A DNA stretch of 64,000 nucleotides from Pecten maximus (taxonomy: Eukaryota): assembly GCF_902652985.1 (NCBI RefSeq), contig NC_047022.1, positions 34,720,001-34,784,000 on the forward strand, read 5' to 3'. Position numbers and translations under genes: made by a program. The notes beneath the pieces were generated by a model. That model saw nothing but the letters and a program-made list of their open reading frames with translations. It was not told the DNA's origin and did not search any database. Positions 53,546 to 64,000 of this stretch are shown in pieces; position 1 is the first letter of the stretch; each line of letters begins with the position of its first letter.

Positions 53546-55139
53546 CTTTTTAACCGAATTAAGTTTTTGTTTATTGGATTGTAACAAACCTTCTAATATA
53601 GCTAGTCTAAAATGATATACAAGCTAAGAAATACAATTGATGGACCGGTAATCAATGGATATAACACTATGGTATCGGTAGCTACCACTTGTTGTCACTA
53701 CATGTTACACTTTTTTAGATAAACAAAATATTTTTCATAATTGATATTTACTTTATTGACGAGTTCGGGATTATACTTAAATTTTGTTGACAGAAACGTA
53801 GAAAATGTGTTTACTTGTATTGACAGTAAAATTACGCTATACATGTTAATAGATATAACTACAGTGGCCTTTCACCTGCTTATCGGCTTATAGTACGGTA
53901 TAATTAATATAAACAGATGTAAGACTTAATCAATGATACAAAACTCTATCCTTGTGATTTGTTTACAGCTTTAGTTAGAATGAAACAATTGTTACAAACA
54001 AATACAATCGGGTGATTGTAAATAAAAGTGTTATTGGATCGGGTTTTCGAATTGGTTGGAGGTGGAAATCAAGCATCATCACACTCCACTGACCAACAGG
54101 ACATGGTTGAGAGGAGTACTGGTTTAATCACGATACCAGAAGTCGAAACAACCCTGATCGATATAGGATATGATAGTAAATTCTTTCATCCTATACCGAT
54201 GCGAGCTGTTGATGTACAGGGAAAATTGTTTATTGAACAAGTGTGTACGTATGTATAGTTCATATATATCTCATTTTACAGAAATGCAAACATATCGGCG
54301 TTGTCATTATCTACAAAAATGTCCAGACTTCTGATTTTGATATAAAAAACTGTAGTCTCATTAGGTTTCTGTTGTCAGACAAAACAGCTTATAAAAACTA
54401 TTCTAAATCTGGTACTGAAAATACAACAAATATTGTACTGAAAATAGACATTTGACAATGCCGCTGGAAATCAAATCTACGGATAAATTAACATAATAAT
54501 GGATGCATCGTTGGTTGATAAATAATGCATCCATTAATAAGAAAACGCGTGTAATATAGGGTCAATACATACGGTTTTGTAATTTGAATTTTACATGGAT
54601 AAGTGACCTTCCCAAAGAAAAAGTGGCATAGCCATTGCCCTGTCAACAATTTAATTGTATTTTGAAATATATCTGCATAATGTATATGGGTTCATTTTCA
54701 TGTCGATCTCCGGCACGACGACCTGTGTCATACTAAATAAGGTATAACACTGGTTTCTGCTGATTTATTCTATTGTTTCCTAACTGGTACACATGTCGGC
54801 GTCATTACTTTGTTTGATGCATCATTTAAATGGTAATTATTTTAACTACGGACAAGTATTCACCACTCGTTCTGATCATAATATTATCATAATCCTTGAT
54901 TACAATTAACTTGTGGTTACAAAATGTCACAGCTGGCAAAAAAGTCTGATTTATTTCAACGTTTGGAGTGAGGAAGACCTGCGTAATTTATGTACGATGT
55001 AATCAGTGTGAATGGATGTATGGAACTCGATGACACTTCCGTTTTCGCATTGCACATTTCATTCAAAATAACTGCAATATGTTCAGCAGTAAAACATGGG
55101 AAATCTTTCTACATCACTGGTTTGTTTTGACTTTTGCAG

Positions 55140-58100
55140 GAAATGAGTGGGACTACGAAGGAGATATCGGTGAGTACCATATCACGTAAATTATTATAAC
55201 AATATAAAAAAAACCACTACATCACCTATCTTATCATTTATTAATGTTAAAATATGGCAACATTAACGTTAATATCTTGTCTAAGACATACATCACCTTG
55301 TCGAGTTATATGTTCAGGTATAGCAAAAGATATTTCCATGTAATTATATTTCTTGAAAGTATTTGTACATAAACTGTTGCAAACAATAGTACAAAGTATA
55401 GCAAAGTGACTTCTAATTTACAGGCCCTCGGCAATGGCATAAGAATTATCCTCAGTGCGCTGGAAAGCGCCAGTCCCCGGTCAGTATCGACACGACGCTT
55501 GTAGTATATGATGAGGCTTTAAAAGGACTACAGTTAGACGGCTACAACAGTGTGTCGGCTGTTAACATGAGCCTCACCAACAACGGACACACAGGTATTA
55601 ATGCTATATATCGTTAACAACACCACAGGTATTCATATGTAAAATACGTATCCAAATAGATGTGTTGATAGGAAGTGCATATCGAATCATTAGAATAGAT
55701 TTTAAGAAAATAACAGTCTTATATAGCTAGGTTAATGATACAGATACGAACACCCGTTACAGGATTTGACCATTTCCTGTTTTATCTTTAGTTCAAGTAG
55801 ACCTTAATGGTAAATCACTCACTGTCCAGGGTGGAGGGCTACCTGGTGTTTACAAGGCCGCTCAGTTCCATTTCCACTGGGGAGCAGTAGACAAACGTGG
55901 TTCCGAACACAATCTCGACAACCAGAACTTTCCCATGGAGGTAAATATTACATGTAACAAAAAGGTCGTTTGGACATAGCATTTGGATTTCTAAAACTTC
56001 ATCTGAAGAACATCATCTGTATATAAAAATTAGTTTGGCTGATTAACTATGATTATTTTAGTATCAATTTATATTCTTTTTAGATGCACATCGTCCATTA
56101 CCAGAACAAGTACACAAGTATAAAGGAGGCTATGGTTCATGATGAAGGTCTTATGGTTCTCGGTTTCTTTTTCAAGGTGAGAGAGAAACGTCCGCACAAT
56201 CACATTCTGCTACATGGAAACAGGCATCAGAAAAGAGAAGTTTTCAAAAGCATAGCAGAAATGTTGAATTAGACATGTCGAACGAGTCCACTTGATAAAG
56301 AAATTTGTAAATCGATGCTAATAAAACCATACCGATGTTATTCTCATCCCCTGCTCGTAAACAATGATTCCATAATTACAACTGAATCAATCATTATTCA
56401 TTTCCATTTAAATAAGGCATTATGTCATCAAGATCGCTTTCCCATTTTCCGAATTTTACTTTTGTATGCTCACTTACATTTTATAGCTGAAATCCCCTTG
56501 TTATCGGGTAACATCCCTCCTGTCCTTGTATAATTCGACATGTGATATCGTCTAGGATTTATTTTCTAGGTAGGACGACACAATCGACACTTCGATGACG
56601 TATTGGGTCATTTCAGTGATATAACACATAAAGGTAGGTAAATCCAAATACAAAAACATCCAAATACACGTGTTTTTATTGTAATAAATGTATTAGAAAT
56701 CATTTAAAGTCATCCGTACAGGATTAGACGTCATTGATTCGTGTTGATATGCCGAGTGGTCACTCTATTACCACCCTAGAGATTGTGACTTAACCTAGAT
56801 TAGACCCTAGTTTAGACCCTAGATTAGACCTAGATTAGACCCTAGATTAGACCTAGATTAGACCCTAGATTAGACCTAGATTAGACCTAGATTAGACCCT
56901 AGATTAGACCTAGATTAGACCCTAGATTAGACCTAGATTAGACCTAGATTAGACCTAGATTAGACCCTAGATTAGACCTAGATTTAACCTAGATTAGACT
57001 TAGATTAGATCCTAGATTAGACCTAGATTAGACCTAGGTAAGACCCTAGATTAGACCTAGATTAGACATGGATAAGACCCTAGATTAGACCTAGATTAGA
57101 CATGGATAAGACCCTAGATTAGACCTAGATTGAACCTAGATTTGTATGGCGGTTGTCGTTGATGAAGCAATAGACGCTTATCCCTTAGGATCACCTGGTA
57201 TAATTTTTCTTGTGCTTTTCATGGGTCAAGTGTATATGTTTTGTATGTTGTTTCATTGAATTTCAGTTGTCATTAGTATGTCGGTATTCTATGTTATTTT
57301 CGAAAACTATCTTAAACTCCACAACAACCTACAGTGATAACATCATTTTTGTCACGTTTTGAACGTTCAAAAATCTCATGACTTAAGTTCGAGGGAAAAT
57401 AATTCATAACTTTACATAAGTAAATGAATAGATATACGATATAAGCAAATATACCTTAGACACTGATTTAATTAAGGGGATAATACATCCCCATATTGAT
57501 TCGTTCACTTTTAATTTGTGGCACGTGATTTCGTCCGTTGTAAGTTGGTAGGTCATAACTAAAACAGGAAATGGAATATTTTCAGATGATCACGTGAATA
57601 TCCCCACAATTCCTCTCCGGCAGTTAATGGCAAACAACCTTGACCTGTACTACCGATATCAGGGAAGTCTCACTACACCACCCTGTTACGAGAGTGTGAT
57701 TTGGACCGTATTCAGAGAACCCATTGAAGTATCAGAGTACCAGGTAGGGTTTTCTGCAAATTCTTCCCAGTGAAATAGTATCGTTGGTAACAATTTGTTG
57801 GTAAAATGAATAAGATATCCGACATCTGACAGACTTTAACAAAAACAATTTGAATTAAACTAAGTTGGTTTTCACCAAGATCGAGTTGAAATCCCATTAC
57901 ATATCCTCTGAGATGGCGGAATTAATATAATTAGCACATATTGATCAGTATAGGAAAATAAAAATAAAATAAGATCTAGGACCTAAGAACATTTGCGTAC
58001 CATGTTATGACTTTTCTGATACAATGCACGATATTTCATTTAATGCGTAATTTACACGTTTACTTGTTGAATGTGATTTGATATTACAAATTTTACGGAA

Positions 58101-58466
58101 TAGATTACATTTTGTAAGGAAAAGGTGAAATTTAAGTCTAATATTTCTTAATATGGTGATAACAATATATTATAATTCGGGTTGAATTGTTGTTTGCATA
58201 CGATTATTGAACTGTTTACATTTATCCTCTTGCTTATACAGTTGGAACAATTCCGCAATAGAGTGAAGAAAAATTACCCGGGTGAGCCGGATCTTGATCT
58301 CACGGATGACTTTCGCCCAGTCCAGCCTCTGAATCATCGTATAGTATACGGGAGTCACCTCGACACCATGCTGCCGTACCAGTCTGGGGGCGAAAATGGT
58401 GCAGGCCAAATAATGATTCCGCTTTACATCATCGTCTTATCCGTCTGTATAAGTTTGTTACTGTAG
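55140..58466 (+). CDS. CA: Alpha-carbonic anhydrase, extracellular, GPI-anchor type; shared exons 55140-55169, 55424-55594, 55792-55940, 56084-56176, 56570-56633, 57586-57743, 58242-58466
   Basis: All introns are GT..AG with consistent phases. The spliced protein has WDY..GP..W, C..KRQSPVSI, NNGHT (H64), QFHFHWG (H94/H96), GSEH (E106), EMHIVH (H119), YYRYQGSLTTPPCYESVIWTVF (T199, disulfide Cys) and FRPVQPLN, and ends in hydrophobic IMIPLYIIVLSVCISLLL* with no cytoplasmic tail. Confidence 0.96.
56793..57141. repeat. 11/12-bp tandem repeat (ttagacctaga / ttagaccctaga) in a CA intron
   Basis: About 30 copies. Confidence 0.95.
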
Positions 58467-61400
58467 TGATCTGATATATCTTATAAGTAAACCTACGGTT
58501 GTTGATTTAAGGCAATGTCGTTTGATTAAAACTTAAGAGGCATGTTATAAGCTAAAATCTGTGATATTTGATACAAATCATAATAGTGAAAACAACTGAT
58601 CATTGTTTATTTGAAGATTCGAGAAAAAGTCAGAGTACGTTGATTTTTGTTGATGGGTCATAACAAACTGAAACATCGTTTTCGATTTGCTTTCATCGAT
58701 GTATAGATGGACATTTTGATAAAAAGGTAAACTTACAGTTGACTCGATGGACAATGTACATTTAATTACATACATTGACGTGCCTACCAATGAAAGATTT
58801 TGAAATCCCAGCATTGTTTCAGAAAAGTATATCATCTTGTATTAAATTATTAATTATACGAATGGAATAACAAAGCGACATTTGCTGAATGTGTTATGTG
58901 CAATAGGATTTAATCTGGAGATGATCAATCGTTACAAAAAGACGGATTGAACCTAGGGTCTGATAGAAAAGGTAGATATGCAACCATAGCTTGGATATTT
59001 TAAAGCATAGTTATGGCTAGACGAGATTTTCACTGGGATCCTGAAAATCAAGTCATCATTGGTCTTTATATGGTTATGAATATCAAAATTAAATGTGTTT
59101 CGATCAGTTTCAAATTTCACTTTTCAAGAGAAAATCAATATATTTCGTCATATTTTCAATTCGCAAAGTCTCACTTTAGCCGTTTATATCCGGCTAATGT
59201 TGTGGTTGTTTGAGCAATATAGAGGTTCTGGGTAACTTGTTTTAGAAAGAGTCTATCAAGCACCACAGTACTATTCGATAGAACACAGAAAATGCACTAG
59301 TTTCATATATATATATAGCCATATGGTTTCGGTCCCGCATTACCTCCAATCTGCACATGTGTGTTTGTTACTTTCCTTTGTGATATTGTCTTTGTATTAT
59401 TTTGTAGTTGTCTACTGGCTTTGTCTCGTTTATTGTCAACATTTATTTGTTCTCTGTATTAGTAGCTTCTCATTCCAATTGTGTCTATTACGTTATGGTA
59501 CGATACACATATTACAGTTAACCACGATCAAATCAGTGCTATATAAATCTTGGCTGTCGTTGTTCCACAGGTGTACATACGTTAATAGAGCGATCAATAC
59601 TTAATCACGAAATGTGCTTCACGTGAATTTTTTCTGTCTTGTTGAATGAAGTATATGTCTAAAATAATATTAATGTACAATATGTCATCTTAATGAATTA
59701 TGAAATAGAATAAACTATATTTTAACATAAAATGTCTTGAAGATTTATTTCAGTTGTTTAATATTATCTAAAGACTGACTCCATCCATCCATCATGAAGA
59801 TCACTTCCTTTACTGACACGCAAAGCAGTTGTCGCCGTATTGTTAGATTCATTTCCTACTCGACTACATAGGTAGCACACAACAGTAAGACAGCCTGGCC
59901 ATGGGCAATTTTTTTGTTAAGCAAATAACTCCTGTATTATGATATGCATAAAAAATGAAAAAATAAATGTACACTATAATTGGTATATTCAGTATGAAGT
60001 AGTACATACAGGCTTCACATTTATTAAAACAAAAATCAATAAATTGGTTCCGGATTTTAAATATCCGGATTTTCCGAACGTGTGTTTACACAGGAAATTT
60101 AGTTTTGCCTACAGCGCAAAATGGAAGCCCACAGAAAAGGTAAGATAGCGGAAAAACTTAATTTACAACATATGTCCAAACAAGATTAATTCTGTCTTTG
60201 GGATAGAGATATTTAATTTTAAATAGGTTTCAGAAAAAAAATTGTGTAGAGAATTGTGCCATTTTGGGTCAAATATCATAATATTTTGCAATTTTTGAGA
60301 ATTTTTTAAGCTGTTACCATGGTATTCACAGCTCTAAAAATCACAGAAAATATCAGTTTACTTATCCTTCAGAGCTCTATTAAAATTGCAAATGTTGTAC
60401 AGATTTCAAATATATATACTTTATTAGAGGTTATATGTAAGGTTAACTGGCAATGTTTACATATCTAAAACATGTGCCATATTTTTCAGAATTTGGCATT
60501 TTTACTGTACACTGCTACCATAGCTATATGATCACGCTAATAAAATCATATACTGAAGTTAAAATATCAAAATGCATTATATGGTTGTTGCATACAGTTA
60601 AAGTGTTTTCCACAACACTAGTAAGGAAAGATAAGATACATTAAGACATATATTGGTTCACTCACGTTTTTAGTTTAAAATGAAAAAAAATACTGTGATT
60701 ACTCATACAGACATACAACATTTAGAAGCTCATTTTTTGTATAAGTCTAACAGTTTCGAAGAGACGTTTTGCACATATTATGCCGTTATAGAAACTTGCA
60801 GGTTGTAGATCAATGCAATCCAACTGTTATTGGTTTAATCTGTAAATAGTTCATTGAATGCGATCAAAATCTTCATTCACACTGACAGGTAAAAGTACAA
60901 TTGGTATTTGAAATGTATAAAATCATATTTGATGTATGACAAACACAGATACCTCCACAAGATAAGACATTGGACCTTCTATCGTAATGGAATGAAAAGG
61001 TCACAAAAATAACTCCAATATCTTTCTATAATCTAACATATACATTGCAGTTTAAGATACAGATCATACTCCTTAAAGCAAGTCGAAGTAAGAACGTAAA
61101 CCGCCTAGTTCGTCATAATGTAATGGCAACATCGTTTGATATTTACAACATACTGTTGTTGTTTTTATTGTAATGATTATTTACTAGTAATTGGAATTAG
61201 CATACATGGACATACATGGAATATTATTAATAATATCTTAAATCAACGAATCTTGCTAACAACAAGAATATGAACCATTTAATTACACTCTATTTCAAAT
61301 TATGTTATTTGTTTATGAAATAAAACATATGAAGACCATATTTTTAATCTACGAAACGCGCGGTATATAATTGAACTGTACAATCAGCTGAAACATTTCA

Positions 61401-61729
61401 GTTTTTTATGTTTAGCTGTGAGTTGCGAAGCGGTGACATCGGATTCGATCATCATGTTTACCGTCATTTCCACATACCCTACTCACACTGTTGACAATAC
61501 AGTTTATATTTCAAATTCATGGATATGAATTCATCCTATTTATTATGAAACTTTTGAACATTTAAAATGTCAAAATTATGTTTTTAGTTCCGAGTTATAA
61601 TATTTATAGCATGGTAAATTATGTCAGTCAATATGGCTTGGTGGTAGTAAAACTGATAACATGCAAAGATGGAACCTTACACATCGGATAATGTATGCCT
61701 CCAGCTCCAGCTGATTGTACAAAATTTGA

Positions 61730-61830
61730 TTTTGGTTTTATTTGTTTATCGTCCTATTAACAGCTAAGGTCATTTAAGGACGGCCTCCCGTGTTTGCGAT
61801 ATGCATGCGTGTGGTGGGTGCGTATGTGTG
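61730..61830 (-). mobile_element. SINE family A 3' tail fragment
   Basis: gtcctattaacagctaaggtcatttaaggacggcctccc. Confidence 0.8.
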
Positions 61831-62391
61831 TAAACTGCTCATAATTTCAACATTTGACAGTACGAAATGAGTTTCCAGCTGATTGTACAAAACTGCTCAT
61901 AATTTCATCATTGATAGTACAAAATAGTTCCACCTAGTTATACAGATTTCGCTGTCGTGTGATCGTATGCAAACATTGATTTCTCCGATTGTAATAAATA
62001 TCGAGCATCCGTTCTTTTTGAAACACAACAATTGAACATTTGTGAACGCTCTTGTAGTGTCGTCCGATTTTAACAGTGAGCTTTTACGAAAAAGGGGACA
62101 ATTATTGTTCAAAATAATCATATATCGTAGCGAGCAAAATACGAAAAGCGTAGTTATTCATCATATTGTTTGGCGATTAGACTCGAACAATATATTTTCT
62201 TTCGAATATTGTATATTTTCTATTACCATATTTGACGTCAAAAGACCGTCAAGTAGTAATTCACTCGATCCACACTCACAGCTGAACGTACTTGCGTACT
62301 TGCTCTGCCTGTCTGGAAAACAACGAGTAAGGGGAAATAACCCCGACATCACAACTCTAGATTTTAGCTTAACTTTCATTTACACGTTTCA

Positions 62392-62500
62392 TTATAAGCC
62401 CACCTGGTCCGATGGAACAAGGTGAGCTGATGCCTTGCGTGGCGTCCTTTGTCCGTCCGTCGTCCATACACCAGCCATTTCCTGAAACGTCTTCTTAATC
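62392..62500 (+). mobile_element. 5' end of another HINE/pearl-like element
   Basis: agcccacctgg...aggtgagct stem-loop followed by a (gtcc)n microsatellite. Confidence 0.55.
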
Positions 62501-64000
62501 ACTGCTTGTTTTTATAATTCGGGTAATAGGGTACACTATACAGTGTATCTATAGAAGATGATTCTTGTATGAAGAACACGAAGTTATCTCCCCTGGCATG
62601 ATATCAATATGCAATATGAACACTAATTGGGTAAATTTGTATTAACTAGTGATTTTTTCATTATTAATAACGAAAGTGCGTGTAAGCAAAGCACGCTAAA
62701 TCGTTGTTGTTGATGTTTTTTTATTATCTCTTTTTTTTGTGTTGGTTTGGTGTGTGGGTTGTTTTTAGGTGTTTATTTTTTAATTTATCGCCTTATTCAC
62801 ATTTTAAACCGTTTCATTTTACCTGACCGTCTAATATCCAGCAATCAAAAACGAATTAATGTTATCGTTGTCAAATTCATTGTATTCATTGTTGCATTTC
62901 AAGAAGGGACACTAACGACAGTTAGCCATAGGGGACGTACCACTGTTGTTCACCCATATCATACACCATGAAGCGATCCCCTGACATGATCATCAAACTG
63001 ACGAATCTTTAATTAGATCATATGGATTCTTGGATCACAATGTTTATAAATACATAAGTATATATATATATGCACATCTCCACTTATCCTTCTGTAGCTC
63101 ACGTTTTTTATTCAATCGTCCAGGGTATGATACATTATCATGTCGGTAATTGTTTGTCAAACCTTCTATTGTTGTTCCATATGATCTGTTTTGTAGGTGA
63201 CCAGACCGAGCTGGCATATCACAGATGGGTTCTGACTAGATTTTTTAGAATGACTGCCTCAGTCACGAGTGTTTGAAAATCCTTCGTATGGTCGTGATAT
63301 CGCACTAAAACTGTACAGAACAGTAAATCGACTTTGTCAGAAGTATGTTTACAGGTGACAGTCTGTTGTATTATTTGCACGCGAACATTGTATATAAATG
63401 TGGTTTGGTAATGATATGTGTTGATGTGTTGTTGCTATTTGTACATGAGAGAGTATCACTTTATCTGAATATGGATGTTCTGTTTAGTCGATTGAATATG
63501 AACAGACACGAGAGGACATGATCTCAAAAAGTGCATGACAGGTCAGAAAGAACCGTGCCATATTTAATATTCAATATTTAATATATACACTAGAGCCATT
63601 CAAATGACTCAAAAACATAACCAAAAGCACAAATCATAATAAAAATAAACAATACAAACTAACAAAACAATCAAACATACCTTTATTCATCTTCGCTAGC
63701 CAAGGCTTCCGATTACGTTACACTACACGAACCCTTGGCGGATACAGGCGTGTTCAAACCGTCGCGCCCTGGAATCCCAGGGCACCCAATCAAATCGCGT
63801 TTTAACCTTTATTGTATTCAAAAAACAATTGAAGCACCTACTACTTAAGTCCAATATCGCCTAAGCAGTGTTTGCTAGCCTAAGCGAGGTTACCAAAAGC
63901 ACTACTAAGAATCAGCTAAGAACGGGTATATTGTGGATGGCTATAAAAAAAAACTGACAAAATTTGTGGATACCGATGGTATCTACATTGGCTGCTGAAT

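Noticed and set aside
54028-54258. 76-aa ORF just upstream of CA exon 55140
   Set aside because: No signal peptide, no convincing phase-1 donor and no recognisable similarity

Overview
AT-rich, intron- and repeat-rich eukaryotic DNA. The mix of HINE/pearl-like elements and Meta-/V-domain SINEs suggests a bivalve mollusc (inference). Two spliced + strand genes can be reconstructed by hand. (1) The last five coding exons (24-6890) of an MSP130/choice-of-anchor-I (bacterial alkaline-phosphatase-related) glycoprotein. (2) An alpha-carbonic anhydrase with all catalytic residues and a GPI-type C-terminal tail (shared exons 55140-58466). The most notable observation is that the shared CA exons have no signal peptide of their own. 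Instead, three unrelated ATG-initiated, signal-peptide-encoding, phase-1 exons lie at 15014, 27429 and 50911, and each splices in frame to the same 30-bp exon. This suggests alternative first exons/promoters spread over ~40 kb. The rest is SINEs (one with an unusual structured 5' head), decayed LINEs (L1/Tx1, CR1-like, RTEX/CR1-like), Mutator-like elements with 9-bp TSDs (including a three-level nest), Helentron-type HINEs with ~161-bp arrays and many minisatellites. Most ORFs in the supplied track are spurious. All gene models and family assignments are by eye, with no database searches.
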